Of a DNA stretch of 64,000 nucleotides, positions 47,614 through 59,030 are shown piece by piece. Positions within the stretch are counted from its first letter, which is position 1; each line of letters begins with the position of its first letter. Below the pieces are notes generated by a model. That model worked only from the letters and a program-made list of their open reading frames with translations, was not told where the DNA came from and searched no databases. Both the position numbers and the translations under genes were made by a program. The DNA is taken from assembly GCA_963662315.1 (NCBI GenBank), contig OY759353.1:3200001-3264000 (forward strand). The letters run 5' to 3'. The DNA is from Geopsychrobacteraceae bacterium. Lineage in GTDB: Bacteria; Desulfobacterota; Desulfuromonadia; Desulfuromonadales; Geopsychrobacteraceae.

Positions 47614-47961
47614 CTAACGGATTCTTTTGCGTCCTTTGGCTTCACGGCGGCGTCTGCTGCGTTGCTCTGGCGCAGGTTGTTCCGTGGGCTCTGGAGCCGT
47701 GGTTTTGGGTTTGGTCGGCGCTACTTTAATAAAGCGCTCCTGAATTTTGGTGCCGTCAAGCACGTTCAGGGCTTCGCGGTTTTCCTTTTCATTGGCCATT
47801 TTGATGAAGGCAATCCCCTTAAAATTCCCCCGGTCGTCTTTCAACATAAAAATCGAACGCACCGTTCCGCAGGTTGAAAACAGCTGTCTGAGCTCGTCTT
47901 CGCTAATTTCGTAAGGGAGATCAGAAACGAATAATTCTTTCAATTTTTCTTTGCTTGTCAT
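47614..47961 (-). CDS. RRM-domain RNA-binding protein
   Basis: RNP2 LFVSDL, RNP1 KGIAFIKM, Arg-rich tail. Confidence 0.85.
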   Translation of the reverse strand: MTSKEKLKELFVSDLPYEISEDELRQLFSTCGTVRSIFMLKDDRGNFKGIAFIKMANEKENREALNVLDGTKIQERFIKVAPTKPKTTAPEPTEQPAPEQRSRRRREAKGRKRIR

Positions 47962-48824
47962 TGGTTTTCCACCGCCCTTTCAAAAGCGCTATCCGTTTCA
48001 TTCGGTCTTTCAAGGCTGACCCGTCCCAGTTTACCACCACGCAATTCGCGCAGAAGCAGCTCGGCCGCACGATAGCGGTCGACGTCACCGCCACTGACCA
48101 GACAACCCCGCTTGCGGCCGATAGTGTCGAGCAGATCGATGGCTTTTTCCGGGATCTGGTCCAATTTGTAGCGTTCGCAGAGAATAGTCCGATATCTGGT
48201 GGCAAGGTATTCGGCAGTTAGCATGGCGACTTCTACGGAATCATATGCATCGTCACCAATTGCGCCGCTGGCAGCTAGGCGGCAGGCCCCGGAGAGACTG
48301 TCGAGAAAAGGCCAGAGGATTCCCGGAGTATCAGAGAGCAGGATGCCATTACGCAAATCAATCTGCTGCGGGCAGGTGGTTATGGCCGGTTTGTCGCCGA
48401 CACGGGCGATCTTTTTTCCGGCCAGGGTGTTGATCAGGGTCGATTTGCCGACATTGGGAATGCCGACAATCAGAATTCTCAACGGTTTTCCGGCCTGCAC
48501 CCGCGTCGCTAACATCTTGCGGCATAGCTTTGGAATCAATCCGACATCACGGCGGTTTTTTGCCTCAAGTGACAGGGCTTTGACTTCCTGTTGCTGCTCA
48601 AAATGCTTGATCCAGTTCTTGGTGATGTTGGGATCAGCCAGGTCGGCCTTATTCAATATTTTCAGGCACGGTTTGTTATTGCGTAAGCGTTCCAGCAGAG
48701 GATTGGCACTACTGGCGGGTAGCCTGGCGTCAAGAACCTCGATAACCAGGTCGATTTTGGGCATCATTTCAGTAATTTGGGCCCGGGCTTTTTTCATGTG
48801 CCCAGGATACCATTCGATAATCAT
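47958..48824 (-). CDS. ylqF: Ribosome biogenesis GTPase YlqF/RbgA
   Basis: WYPGHM, DARLP, NKADL, GIPNVGKST, DTPGILWP. Confidence 0.93.
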   Translation of the reverse strand: MIIEWYPGHMKKARAQITEMMPKIDLVIEVLDARLPASSANPLLERLRNNKPCLKILNKADLADPNITKNWIKHFEQQQEVKALSLEAKNRRDVGLIPKLCRKMLATRVQAGKPLRILIVGIPNVGKSTLINTLAGKKIARVGDKPAITTCPQQIDLRNGILLSDTPGILWPFLDSLSGACRLAASGAIGDDAYDSVEVAMLTAEYLATRYRTILCERYKLDQIPEKAIDLLDTIGRKRGCLVSGGDVDRYRAAELLLRELRGGKLGRVSLERPNETDSAFERAVENQ

Positions 48825-48851
48825 AAGAATCTCATTCTTCTTAATTCAAAA

Positions 48852-49931
48852 TTAGGCGCGCATTTTCTGAATCATGATCAGATCTGCAAGAACCAGAGCT
48901 GTCATGGTTTCAACAATCGGAATGGCTCGTGGGACAACACAGGGATCATGGCGTCCTTTGGCTTCTAAAACCGCTTCCTTGCCATCGTAAGTAACGGTGG
49001 CCTGAGCCTGCCCAATGGTTGCTGGCGGCTTAAAGGCAATGCGGAAATAAACCGGCTCACCGTTGGAAATACCCCCCTGCACTCCCCCACTGTAGTTGGT
49101 CGTCGTGCCGAGGCGACCAGCGCGCAAAACAAAAGGGTCGTTGTGAACGGATCCGCGCATGCGGGCACCATCAAATCCTGAACCGATTTCAAATCCTTTT
49201 GTGGCAGGCAAGGACAGCATGGCATGGGCAAGCTTGGCTTCGAGCCGGTCAAAAACAGGCTCTCCCAACCCGGCCGGTAGATTACGGCAGACACAGGTAA
49301 TGACACCGCCAACTGAATCTTTTGCTTCCCGGGCAGCAACGATCTCTTCGGTCATTTTTGCCGCAGCAATGCTATCGGGGCAGCGGATGTCGTTTTCATC
49401 GACTTGAGCTCTGGTAATTGTGTTCATATCAATTTCAGCTGCATCATACTGACCGACACTGCTGACCCAGGCAACAATCTCAATACCGTACTCCTGTTTC
49501 AGGAATTTTTCGGCCAGTGCACCCGCGGCTACCCGGCCGATGGTTTCCCTGGCACTTGAACGGCCTCCGCCACTGGAGGCGTGAATCCCGTATTTGGCCC
49601 GGTAGGTATAGTCGGCATGGGAAGGGCGTGGAATGTCACTCATTGAGCCATAATCGCCGGGGCGTTGATCCTTGTTTTTAACCAGCATGCCAATGGGGGT
49701 TCCGAGGGTTAAGCCGTTTTCGATGCCAGATAGAATCTGAACCTGATCGGCCTCATTACGCTCTGTTCCGAGTTTATTGCCTCCCGGACGGCGGCGGTCA
49801 AGCTGGACCTGGATATCTGCTTCACTGATTGTCATGCGTGGCGGGACACCGTCAACGACGACGCCGACTCCGGCACAATGAGATTCCCCGAATGTACTTA
49901 TTCTGAAAAAGCGACCAAAGCTACTCGACAT
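48852..49931 (-). CDS. aroC: Chorismate synthase
   Basis: [35 protein letters not shown]. Confidence 0.96.
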   Translation of the reverse strand: MSSSFGRFFRISTFGESHCAGVGVVVDGVPPRMTISEADIQVQLDRRRPGGNKLGTERNEADQVQILSGIENGLTLGTPIGMLVKNKDQRPGDYGSMSDIPRPSHADYTYRAKYGIHASSGGGRSSARETIGRVAAGALAEKFLKQEYGIEIVAWVSSVGQYDAAEIDMNTITRAQVDENDIRCPDSIAAAKMTEEIVAAREAKDSVGGVITCVCRNLPAGLGEPVFDRLEAKLAHAMLSLPATKGFEIGSGFDGARMRGSVHNDPFVLRAGRLGTTTNYSGGVQGGISNGEPVYFRIAFKPPATIGQAQATVTYDGKEAVLEAKGRHDPCVVPRAIPIVETMTALVLADLIMIQKMRA

Positions 49932-50189
49932 TGTATCCTCTACATGTTGGTAATTGATAGTATATTAAAAGATCGTTTTTAATCGGTTTGCCCTGTTTGG
50001 GTGCCCTCTTCTGCATCCATTTACCTGCCGAAGAAAGTCTCTCAGAATAGCAGAAAAGACTTCCAGAAGCTATGTTTTCAGGAAAAAAGCCCTGGTCCGT
50101 TGCGCCATTGGTCTAAAAAGTTTAACAGAGAAGCTTATATTCTGTGTGTCATATGCTAGAATGACGAAACTTTTATGGAGGTATATTTC

Positions 50190-50855
50190 ATGGCCGATGT
50201 GTCCCGCTTTATTAACGGCATTATTAATTTCCAGCAACAACACTTTGGCGAAAACGCTGAATTGGCTCATGAACTGATGGCAGGGCAAAAACCTCAGGCT
50301 CTGCTGATTGGCTGTTGTGATTCCCGTGTTGATCCAGCCCTGATGACCGACTGCTTGCCAGGGGAATTATTTATTCTGCGGAACATTGCCAACCTTGTTC
50401 CTCCCTATCTGAAAAATGATGATTACCATGGGGTCAGTTCTTCCATAGAATATGCCGTCTGTTTTCTTGAGGTGTCGGACATCATTGTTCTTGGTCATTC
50501 AGGTTGTGGCGGGATTGAAGCGCTGATGGCCTCGGCAGGGGGAAAAGATATCGGTGAATTTATTGGCACCTGGGTTAACATTGCCGCTCCGGCAAGGGAT
50601 AAGGTTCTGGCTGAAATGGCTGATGAACCGAAAGCTAAACAACTGTGTGCCTGTGAGAAGGAAGCGGTCCTGGTTTCGTTGAAAAACCTGATGACATTTC
50701 CCTGGGTTAAAGAACGGGTTGCGCAGGGAAAGTTGAGTTTGCATGGCTGGTATTTCGATATTGGGAATGGCAGGCTGCAATATTACAACCAGTTGACGGG
50801 TGAGTTCGAAACTCTGGTAGATCGTTATTCTCCACCTGATAAAAAACAACGGTAA
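50190..50855 (+). CDS. Beta-class carbonic anhydrase
   Basis: GCCDSRV, RNIANLVP, GHSGCGG, LHGWYF. Confidence 0.93.
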   Translation: MADVSRFINGIINFQQQHFGENAELAHELMAGQKPQALLIGCCDSRVDPALMTDCLPGELFILRNIANLVPPYLKNDDYHGVSSSIEYAVCFLEVSDIIVLGHSGCGGIEALMASAGGKDIGEFIGTWVNIAAPARDKVLAEMADEPKAKQLCACEKEAVLVSLKNLMTFPWVKERVAQGKLSLHGWYFDIGNGRLQYYNQLTGEFETLVDRYSPPDKKQR

Positions 50856-50920
50856 CGACTATTTCTGTCCGTTACCGCTGCTTTCATCATTTTTGAAGTC
50901 TGTTAGTGATTTGAATTTTG

Positions 50921-52786
50921 CTATTGAGTGACCTCTACGATCCGATCGCGTTTGAAGCCTAACAGATACAGCTCTTTCCGCGCTTCGCCAAAGTTGTCGA
51001 ACCCGATAGTGCCGGTGATACCGTGAAAATCATTCAGGCTCATCAGTTTCTGGCGCAATTCATCACGATTGGTGACGGCGGGGTCATCAATGCTGTGCAG
51101 TAAAATGTTTGCAATTTCAAACGCCTGCGCTTCCAGAATGGAGGGGGGCTCGGCATACGTCTGCTGATACAGTTCGATAAAACGTTTAACTTCAGGGGCT
51201 TTGGCCTCAGCAAAAAAAGCATCAACAAAAACGGCGTCCTTTAAAAACCGGCCTGCCCGTTCGGCCAACTCCTGGGAGTTCCAGCCATTAATGCCGAGCA
51301 GGGTCGTATCTTTAATGCCATAAAACATCAGCTGAGGAGCGATCAGGCTGATGTGATCAGCAAAATCAGGGATAAACAACGCGTGGAATGGCGGTTGAGG
51401 GTATTCCGCTTCCAGCTGCTCCGGCTCGGTCCCCTCTGCAGCCGGAGGTTGGGGGATTGGCCTTTCACCATTGCGCCACAGTAGCTGGGCAATAGGCTGT
51501 TTAAAATCGGTACTATCTTCGCTGTAGTTCACTGTGTCTACAATTTCGCCGCCGGCTTTAATCACTTCAGCTCTGAACAGCTCAGCCATCTGCTGCCCCA
51601 GTCGATTTTGCGGGTGCAGTATTGAGAAGGAGATATTTCCTTGTGCCATGGCGTAGTCAACCAGTGCCTTAACCTGCTGTTTGGCGGTCAGGGTGTCGCG
51701 AAAGATAAAATGTCCCAGTTCCGGTAATGCCTCCCCCTGGGCCAGGGTCAGCAACGGAACCATCTCCTGCTGTGCGCGCCGGGCAGCATCTTCCGCATTG
51801 GAACCCAAAAGCGGACCAATGACCGCCATGACTTTGTCATCATCACACAGGGCGCTGACCAGTTGAGCCGGGCTGACCCCTTCAGACGCCGTATCCCGAT
51901 AAATAAAGCGAATTGGCAAGCGGGTTTTATTATGCTCCTGAAGGGCAAGTTCGAGCCCGTTTTTAACCAGTTGAGCATAAGATTCATAGCGTCCGCTCAA
52001 TGGTAACATGACTCCTATGCTGTCACGGCTCAGCCAGTTGTTTTCACCGGTTCTGGCCATAAGAGCCTGGGCTTCCTGCCAGTAGGGGAAGGTTACGGAT
52101 GAGGCAAAGATACGGTCGAGATATGTTTTGGCCTGCTCAGGTTGCTGCTGAACCAGTGCCAGCCGTGCTAACTGTAACAGCGCATCCTGGCCAAGGGCTG
52201 TTCCTTGCCACATGAAGGCCGCTTCCCCCAGTTCCTCTGCGCTTAACTGGCCTTGCATAAGGTCATGAATGCGGGCCGTTACGCTGGCGGGGTGAGTGGA
52301 TATGGCCGTCTGTAGATTCAGGTAATAAAGTGCTTCCAGGTGCTTTTGTTGAGCGTTTGCCGCTGAGCTTAATGCCTCCAATAGGGCTATCCGGTCCGCT
52401 GTCGAAAAGGATTCTTCAAGCAGGGGCCTGAGCTGTGCCATTCCGGCGGCAGGCTGGTTGGTTCTAACCAGGCAGAGTCCGGACAGGAACTCGACTTCTG
52501 GACTTGTTGCCTGCTCAGGAACCTGCTTCAGATAAAGGAGCGCATCCCTGTAATTATGCTGCTCAATAAAGATCCTGGCAATCAGGGTTAGGCTTTGGAT
52601 GGTTTCCTGGCTTGAATTACCCTGGTGGATGATGGAACGTAAAACTGAAAGCGCCTGATTATATTTGCCGCCAGTGTAGAGTTGGCGCCCCAGTTCCAGT
52701 TGTCTGGCTACAACTTGATCTGCCGCTGCTACAGTGAGCGGGAATGCAAGTATTGAGACGATTAACAAAACAATGAGGCGCTTCAT
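50921..52786 (-). CDS. LpoA-like penicillin-binding protein activator (TPR plus periplasmic-binding-protein fold)
   Basis: Signal peptide, helical repeats, IGVMLPLSG, VIGPL, FIPD, LLGINGWN, FHGITG. Confidence 0.75.
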   Translation of the reverse strand: MKRLIVLLIVSILAFPLTVAAADQVVARQLELGRQLYTGGKYNQALSVLRSIIHQGNSSQETIQSLTLIARIFIEQHNYRDALLYLKQVPEQATSPEVEFLSGLCLVRTNQPAAGMAQLRPLLEESFSTADRIALLEALSSAANAQQKHLEALYYLNLQTAISTHPASVTARIHDLMQGQLSAEELGEAAFMWQGTALGQDALLQLARLALVQQQPEQAKTYLDRIFASSVTFPYWQEAQALMARTGENNWLSRDSIGVMLPLSGRYESYAQLVKNGLELALQEHNKTRLPIRFIYRDTASEGVSPAQLVSALCDDDKVMAVIGPLLGSNAEDAARRAQQEMVPLLTLAQGEALPELGHFIFRDTLTAKQQVKALVDYAMAQGNISFSILHPQNRLGQQMAELFRAEVIKAGGEIVDTVNYSEDSTDFKQPIAQLLWRNGERPIPQPPAAEGTEPEQLEAEYPQPPFHALFIPDFADHISLIAPQLMFYGIKDTTLLGINGWNSQELAERAGRFLKDAVFVDAFFAEAKAPEVKRFIELYQQTYAEPPSILEAQAFEIANILLHSIDDPAVTNRDELRQKLMSLNDFHGITGTIGFDNFGEARKELYLLGFKRDRIVEVTQ

Positions 52787-52819
52787 GCCAACTCCGTTTG
52801 TATTGAATAGGATCTGTAC

Positions 52820-53935
52820 TCAGTCAAACAGTTCCTTGACTTTGTCGAAAAAGCTTTTTCCCTGGGGATGAATATCTTCACCACTTTCTTTGGCGAATTC
52901 TTCAAGGAGCTCACGCTGCTTGGCGTTCAGCTTGGTTGGAACTTCGATTTTCAGAACGACAAGCTGATCACCGCGGCCATAGCCCTGCAGGGCCACAATT
53001 CCTTTTCCGGTCAACTTCAGGATCTTACCGCTTTGCGTACCGGCCGGAACTTTCATATTGACCTTCCCTTCAAGGGTTGGTACCTGCAGTTCACAGCCCA
53101 GGGCTGCCTGGACGAAGGAGATCGGGATCTCACAGATGATGTTCTGCCCTTCTCGCTGAAAAATCGGGTGAGTATCAACACTGATAACAACGTAAAGATC
53201 GCCAGGGAGCCCGCCGTGAGAGCCTGATTCCCCCTCGCCGGTCAGTTTGAGACGGGTGCCGGTTTCAACACCAGCCGGAACCTTCAACGATAGGGAGCGT
53301 TTTTTCTTCACCGTGCCGGTACCGCGACAATCCGGGCAAGGATCTTTGATGATTTTCCCTTCGCCGCGACAATCTGGACAGGGGCGACTCATGGTGAAAA
53401 ACCCCTGCTGGTAACGAACTTGTCCAGCACCACGACAGGTGGAACAGGTCTGTGCCTCGGTACCGGGGCGGGCACCGCTGCCATGACAGGTTTCACAACT
53501 TTGACTGCGAGGAAGCTGAAGTTTTTTCTCGGTCCCGAAGGCTGCTTCTTCGAAGCTGATAGTCAGGTTATAGCGCAGGTCATCACCACGTTGTCCGCGG
53601 CTGCCGCGTCTTGACCCTCCGCCAAAGATATCACCGAAAATATCACCGAAAATATCTTCGAAACCACCCCCCCCGAAATCGAACCCGCCGCCAGAGAAGC
53701 CGCCATTGCCATTGACACCGGCATGGCCAAACTGATCATAGTTGGCGCGTTTCTGTGAGTCGGAAAGAACCGAATAGGCTTCAGTGAGTTCTTTAAATTT
53801 CTCTTCAGCTGCTTTGTCGCCGGGATTTTTGTCGGGATGGTACTGGATTGCCAGCCGCCGGTATGCTTTTTTTATTTCTGTTTCACTTGCATTACGGTTG
53901 ACGCCCAGTATTTCGTAGTAGTCACGTTTAGCCAA
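52820..53935 (-). CDS. dnaJ: Chaperone DnaJ
   Basis: J-domain HPD, G/F-rich region, four CxxCxGxG repeats; TTG start. Confidence 0.97.
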   Translation of the reverse strand: MAKRDYYEILGVNRNASETEIKKAYRRLAIQYHPDKNPGDKAAEEKFKELTEAYSVLSDSQKRANYDQFGHAGVNGNGGFSGGGFDFGGGGFEDIFGDIFGDIFGGGSRRGSRGQRGDDLRYNLTISFEEAAFGTEKKLQLPRSQSCETCHGSGARPGTEAQTCSTCRGAGQVRYQQGFFTMSRPCPDCRGEGKIIKDPCPDCRGTGTVKKKRSLSLKVPAGVETGTRLKLTGEGESGSHGGLPGDLYVVISVDTHPIFQREGQNIICEIPISFVQAALGCELQVPTLEGKVNMKVPAGTQSGKILKLTGKGIVALQGYGRGDQLVVLKIEVPTKLNAKQRELLEEFAKESGEDIHPQGKSFFDKVKELFD

Positions 53936-53960
53936 AATAACAATCCTGCGTAGTTGACAG

Positions 53961-53988
53961 ACAGGCGCTGAGAAGTCTCAGCGCCTGT
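53961..53988. terminator. dnaK-dnaJ intergenic hairpin
   Basis: ACAGGCGCTGAGA / TCTCAGCGCCTGT. Confidence 0.6.
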
Positions 53989-54006
53989 ATTTTGTTGATA
54001 AATAGC

Positions 54007-55905
54007 TTATTTCTTTTCGTCGACGTCTTCGAATTCAGCATCGACAACATCGTCACCTGACTGGCTTTCGGCGCCAGCAGCTTCGGCACCTTCACTGTTC
54101 TGTGCCTGGGCATACATCATTTCAGCCAGTTTGTGAGAGGCTTGAGCCAGCGCTTCAGTTTTCTTTTTGATCTCTTCGGGGTCATTACCTTCAACCGCTT
54201 TTTTGAGGTCGTCAAGAGCGCCCTGAATCTGGTTTTTGGTTGCACTGTCAAGCTTCTCACCGTGCTCACTGAGGGATTTCTCAGTTGTGTAGGTCAGACC
54301 GTCAGCCTGATTACGGGCCTCAATGAGTTCACGTTTTTTCTTGTCTTCGCCCGCATGGGCTTCGGCATCTTTGACCATGCGATTGATTTCATCGTCAGAC
54401 AGGCCGCTCGAAGCAGTAATTTGAATTGACTGCTCTTTGCCGGTGCCCAGATCTTTGGCAGAAACATGAAGTATACCGTTGGCATCGATATCGAAGGTGA
54501 CTTCAATCTGTGGTACACCACGCGGTGCAGCCGGAATCCCGACCAGTTCAAAATTGCCGATGGTTTTATTGTCGGCTGCCATTTCCCGTTCGCCCTGAAT
54601 AACGTGAACAGAAACAGCTGGCTGGTTATCAGCTGCGGTTGAGAAGACCTGGCTTTTTTTGCAAGGAACCGTGGTGTTTTTCTCAATCAGTTTGGTCATG
54701 ACACCGCCAAGGGTTTCAATACCAAGAGACAGTGGAGTAACGTCGAGCAGCAATACGTCTTTGACGTCACCGGTGAGAACGCCGCCCTGGATTGCGGCAC
54801 CAATAGCGACAACTTCGTCAGGGTTAACCCCCTTGCTTGGGGTTTTGCCGAAAATTTCCTTGACGCGATCCTGAACTGCTGGCATCCGGGTCATGCCACC
54901 AACCAGGATAACTTCGTCAATTTCGCTGGCGGACAGGCCGGCATCCTTAAGTGCTGTCTGGCATGGAGCAACCAATCTGGCCAGCAGCTCACTGCAGATG
55001 CTTTCCAGCTTGGAGCGGGACAGCTTCATGTTCAGGTGTTTCGGACCCGATTGATCTGCGGTAATAAACGGCAGGTTGATGTCGGTTTCCATGGAAGAAG
55101 AGAGTTCGCATTTGGCTTTCTCGGCAGCCTCTTTCAAACGTTGGAGAGCCATTTTGTCGCCACGCAGGTCGATCCCCTGATCTTTTTTGAACTCGCCGGC
55201 AACGTAATCGATGATACGTTGGTCAAAGTCCTCACCACCTAAGAAAGTGTCCCCGTTGGTTGCTTTAACCTCGAATACACCGTCACCGAGGTCGAGGATT
55301 GAAACGTCGAAAGTACCGCCACCAAGGTCGAAAACGGCGATGGTCATTTCTTCTTTTTTATCAAGACCGTATGCAAGTGAAGCCGCAGTTGGTTCGTTGA
55401 TGATACGCAGGACATTAAGACCGGAAATTTTACCAGCATCCTTGGTTGCCTGGCGTTGTGAGTCGTTGAAGTAAGCAGGTACGGTAATAACCGCGTCAGT
55501 GACTTTTTCACCAAGGTAATCTTCAGCGGTCTGCTTCATTTTCTGCAGAATCATGGCTGAAATTTCCGGGGCACTGAACTGTTTGTCACGGCACTGAACC
55601 CAGGCATCTCCGTTATCGGCTTCGATAATCTTAAACGGGCTGATGGCGATGTCTTTCTGAACGGCGTCAGAGCTGAATTTGCGGCCAATGAGACGTTTGA
55701 TGGCAAATAGTGTATTTTCAGGGTTGGTGACCGCCTGACGTTTTGCCTGCTGGCCGACCAGGCGCTCATTGCTTTCGGTAAACGCAACCATTGACGGGGT
55801 GGTTCTCGCCCCTTCAGAGTTGGCTATAACGACTGGTTCGCCACCTTCCATGACGGCGACACAAGAGTTGGTTGTTCCCAGGTCAATACCAATAACTTTA
55901 CCCAT
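54007..55905 (-). CDS. dnaK: Chaperone DnaK
   Basis: [35 protein letters not shown]. Confidence 0.98.
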   Translation of the reverse strand: MGKVIGIDLGTTNSCVAVMEGGEPVVIANSEGARTTPSMVAFTESNERLVGQQAKRQAVTNPENTLFAIKRLIGRKFSSDAVQKDIAISPFKIIEADNGDAWVQCRDKQFSAPEISAMILQKMKQTAEDYLGEKVTDAVITVPAYFNDSQRQATKDAGKISGLNVLRIINEPTAASLAYGLDKKEEMTIAVFDLGGGTFDVSILDLGDGVFEVKATNGDTFLGGEDFDQRIIDYVAGEFKKDQGIDLRGDKMALQRLKEAAEKAKCELSSSMETDINLPFITADQSGPKHLNMKLSRSKLESICSELLARLVAPCQTALKDAGLSASEIDEVILVGGMTRMPAVQDRVKEIFGKTPSKGVNPDEVVAIGAAIQGGVLTGDVKDVLLLDVTPLSLGIETLGGVMTKLIEKNTTVPCKKSQVFSTAADNQPAVSVHVIQGEREMAADNKTIGNFELVGIPAAPRGVPQIEVTFDIDANGILHVSAKDLGTGKEQSIQITASSGLSDDEINRMVKDAEAHAGEDKKKRELIEARNQADGLTYTTEKSLSEHGEKLDSATKNQIQGALDDLKKAVEGNDPEEIKKKTEALAQASHKLAEMMYAQAQNSEGAEAAGAESQSGDDVVDAEFEDVDEKK

Positions 55906-55943
55906 GATGTATATCCTCCCTTTATCTTTTCAAATCTGGATTT

Positions 55944-56570
55944 TTATTCTGCGTTGTTGTCTTCATCTGTCGATGCATCTTCATTCGTTTTGTTGTCTGC
56001 TGGCGGGGCCGGAGCTTTTGCCACCATGACAAACGCCGGGCGTAGCAGCCTGTCGTTCAGCTGATAGCCTTTTTGCAATTGTTGAACAACGGTGTTAACC
56101 GGTTGGTCAGCGCTTTCGAGCTGCCCCATGGCCTGGTGCAAAGCAGGATCAAATGGCTGTCCCATCGATTCAATGGGCGTAACGCCAAAGCGGCTAAGGA
56201 CCTGGCTGAACTGGGTCAGAGTCATCTGTACCCCTTCGACCAATCCATTATCTCCCTGATCTGCATGTTCAACTGCCCGCTCAAGATTGTCCATGACTGG
56301 AAGAATCTCGCGCAATATGTTTTCATTGGCAAACTTAGCCAGTTCTTCTTTTTCTCTCTGGGTGCGTTTACGCAGATTCTCCATGTCGGCCAGAGTTCGC
56401 ATGTACTGCTCTTTATGATTTTTTGCTTCTTCCTGGGCCTTGATAAGATCGTTCTGTAGCTGTTCGTCACCTGAGATGATCTCAGGTTCTATGCTTTGAT
56501 CCTGATCACTCGGCTCAGTATCCGCGTTCTGTTCAAGCTCAGGGTCTTGCTGTTCAGTATTGTTACCCAC
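55944..56570 (-). CDS. grpE: Nucleotide exchange factor GrpE
   Basis: ADMENLRKR, DNLERA, FDPALHQA, GYQLNDRLLRPA; GTG start. Confidence 0.95.
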   Translation of the reverse strand: MGNNTEQQDPELEQNADTEPSDQDQSIEPEIISGDEQLQNDLIKAQEEAKNHKEQYMRTLADMENLRKRTQREKEELAKFANENILREILPVMDNLERAVEHADQGDNGLVEGVQMTLTQFSQVLSRFGVTPIESMGQPFDPALHQAMGQLESADQPVNTVVQQLQKGYQLNDRLLRPAFVMVAKAPAPPADNKTNEDASTDEDNNAE

Positions 56571-56600
56571 CTTATTAACTCCTTTTGGTAAACTTTTGGT

Positions 56601-57641
56601 TTATTCTATTTCCCGTTCCAGAACCCGGCTGACCAATTGGGCAGTAAAGTCGACGATGGGAATGACCTGAGAGTAATCCATGCGGACCGGACCAATAACT
56701 CCCAGGGTTCCAATGGCGCCTTTCTGGTTGGAAAAATTTGACGTAATCAGGCTGTAGCCTTCCAGATCAATGCAACTGCTTTGACTGCCGATGAAGATCT
56801 GCACTCCTTGGGCGTTCTGACTGCGGTCCAGCAGTTCGATGAGCAGTTTTTTACTTTCCAGGGTCTGTATCAGACGTTTCATTTGCTGTGGAGAAGAAAA
56901 CTCAGGCTGCTCCAGCATCAGTGATGCGCCGGAAACGTAAATCTGATTTTCTACTTCATCCTGTAGGGCTGCACATGACAGACTCAGAGCCTGTTTCCTC
57001 AACCGGTCGTACAGAACCCTCTCTTCTTGCAATTCGGCACTCAGCTTTTTCCTGACTTCCTGAATCGAAAGGCCGGTCAGTTCCTTGTTCAGGTAATTAC
57101 TGATCTGCTCAAGCTGGCGATCATCAAGAGTCTGGTCTGCATCGATAATCTTATTCTGGACGAGACCCGATTCGGAGACGTAAATAACCAACAGGCGACC
57201 TTTGGACAGCCTGACAAATTCAATCTGACGAAACACCGTTGAAGAGAACTTAGGTGCCATGACCAGTCCGGTATATTTGGATAAGCCGGACATGACCTTT
57301 CCAACTTCCTGCATGATGTCTTCAAGCTTCATACTGCTGAACCGGTAGCTGTTGCGCAGGCGGGATTTTTCGTCTTTGGACAGGTCACGAATTTGCAGCA
57401 GGGAGTCAATGTAATACTGAAAACCCTGTGCCGTAGGAATCCTTCCGGCAGAAGTGTGCGGAGAACACAAAAAGCCCATCTCTTCAAGATCGGCCATAAC
57501 GTTGCGCACTGTTGCCGGCGACAGATTAAAATCGTGCCTGCGGGTTATTGCTCTGCTTCCAACTGGTTCTGCAGAAGAAATATAATCTTCAACAATTGCT
57601 TCCAGGATGTTCTGGCTGCGTTCATTGAGCTCCTCAGCCAT
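56601..57641 (-). CDS. hrcA: Heat-inducible transcription repressor HrcA
   Basis: EPVGSR, SPATVRNVMADLE, PHTSAGRIPT, GVIGPVRMDY. Confidence 0.96.
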   Translation of the reverse strand: MAEELNERSQNILEAIVEDYISSAEPVGSRAITRRHDFNLSPATVRNVMADLEEMGFLCSPHTSAGRIPTAQGFQYYIDSLLQIRDLSKDEKSRLRNSYRFSSMKLEDIMQEVGKVMSGLSKYTGLVMAPKFSSTVFRQIEFVRLSKGRLLVIYVSESGLVQNKIIDADQTLDDRQLEQISNYLNKELTGLSIQEVRKKLSAELQEERVLYDRLRKQALSLSCAALQDEVENQIYVSGASLMLEQPEFSSPQQMKRLIQTLESKKLLIELLDRSQNAQGVQIFIGSQSSCIDLEGYSLITSNFSNQKGAIGTLGVIGPVRMDYSQVIPIVDFTAQLVSRVLEREIE

Positions 57642-57749
57642 GGGACTCTCCACCTATCGAACAAAGGTCTTACGGGCAAATGAAGCCCAGCAGCGTTGGG
57701 AAACAATGCTGGACGGTTTTCATACGATCCTTGCACCTTATGTTTAATG

Positions 57750-57776
57750 TTAGCACTCAACGCTGCCGAGTGCTAA
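57750..57776. promoter_or_regulatory. CIRCE element (HrcA operator)
   Basis: Perfect TTAGCACTC-N9-GAGTGCTAA upstream of hrcA. Confidence 0.97.
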
Positions 57777-57782
57777 CATCGC

Positions 57783-57811
57783 AGCCTATCAATGCAAATG
57801 TGATTTGTCAA
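57783..57811 (-). promoter_or_regulatory. Sigma70-type promoter of the hrcA operon
   Basis: Minus strand TTGACA-N17-TAGGCT immediately upstream of the CIRCE. Confidence 0.7.
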
Positions 57812-57862
57812 GGCTTATGGAATGTCGAAAAGCGGGATTTTTACAGTAACACTCTGTTCCGA

Positions 57863-58996
57863 CTAGAGGAATTCACTGATGAGATAATCATAAATAAGCC
57901 AGCCGTCCAGATTAAAGTGTAAAGAGTGGTTATCTTGGATTAAAAAGTTTTTGCAGCGCTGCATCGCCGCGCTAAAAACCTGTTCCGCATCCTGGCAGAA
58001 TATTTTTCTGAATTCTATCAGGTCCAGACCGTCTGACGTTCTTAAGCGCAGATAGCAATATTCACTCATAGCCGATTGGCAATCGAAGGTTTCGACAGTT
58101 TTGGCTGGATTCTTGTTGTTTTGCAGGGCGCGGCGAACGCGAGTAATATCGGCAGGAACCTGCCACCTGGTTCCCCAGTTGTGTGGATCAAAACCATGGG
58201 CGCCGCAGCCGACTGCCAGGCAGCCTTCGCGGCGCCAGTATACCTGGTTGTGGGCACAGCGAAAACCGGGGCGCGCAAAGTTTGAAATTTCGTAATGTTC
58301 ATAACCTGCAGCATTGGCTAGCTGGTTAATTTGGCGATACTGGTCTGCATATAGCTCTTCTGAGCAGGGCATAAGCTGTCCAGATTCAGCGCTTAGGGTA
58401 AGGGGCGTGCCCTCTTCAAAAGACAGTCCGTAAAGAGATATGTGTTCCGGGGATAGATCAAGTAACTGATTGATTTCTCGAAAATTGTCCTCAAGCGTTT
58501 GATCCGGAAGGGCAAACATGAGGTCAAGACTGATGTTGGTGAATCCAGCCCTGCGGGCCGCATTGAATCCCTCGATGGCGGTCCTGCTGTTGTGGATGCG
58601 GCCCAGAAGTTTCAGATTGGCATCGCTCAGGGACTGAATACCGAGTGACAGGCGATTCAGACCGGCAGCACGGTACCCTTGCAATTTTTCCAGAGTGATA
58701 GTCCCGGGGTTGGCTTCCAGGGTTATTTCAGCCTTTTGTGCTATTTTAAAGCAGCTATCCAGCTGCATTAAAATAGTTTGCAATTGCTTAGGTTGCAGTA
58801 ATGACGGGGTTCCGCCACCAAAGAAAATAGTTGTTAACGGTGTACCGGGAACAGAGTCCCGCGCCAGAACCTGAATATTTTTCTCAAGGAGGGCAACATA
58901 GGCGGCGATGTCACTACTGCTGCCAGGTTGTGAGTAAAAATCACAATATGGGCATTTGCGTGAGCAAAATGGGATGTGGATATATATTGAACTCAT
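57863..58996 (-). CDS. hemW: Radical SAM heme chaperone HemW (HemN-like)
   Basis: YIHIPFCSRKCPYCDF, GGGTPS, EANP, HYEISNF, HNQVYW; upstream of hrcA. Confidence 0.9.
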   Translation of the reverse strand: MSSIYIHIPFCSRKCPYCDFYSQPGSSSDIAAYVALLEKNIQVLARDSVPGTPLTTIFFGGGTPSLLQPKQLQTILMQLDSCFKIAQKAEITLEANPGTITLEKLQGYRAAGLNRLSLGIQSLSDANLKLLGRIHNSRTAIEGFNAARRAGFTNISLDLMFALPDQTLEDNFREINQLLDLSPEHISLYGLSFEEGTPLTLSAESGQLMPCSEELYADQYRQINQLANAAGYEHYEISNFARPGFRCAHNQVYWRREGCLAVGCGAHGFDPHNWGTRWQVPADITRVRRALQNNKNPAKTVETFDCQSAMSEYCYLRLRTSDGLDLIEFRKIFCQDAEQVFSAAMQRCKNFLIQDNHSLHFNLDGWLIYDYLISEFL

Positions 58997-59030
58997 GAAT
59001 AAAGCCCCCTGCGGTCAGGGGGCGTTGTCA

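Noticed and set aside
57685..57712. Hairpin in the hrcA leader as an RNA thermometer
   Set aside because: It does not cover the SD; the CIRCE already explains heat regulation
52820..58996. hemW-hrcA-grpE-dnaK-dnaJ as a novel arrangement
   Set aside because: This is a well-established conserved gene order
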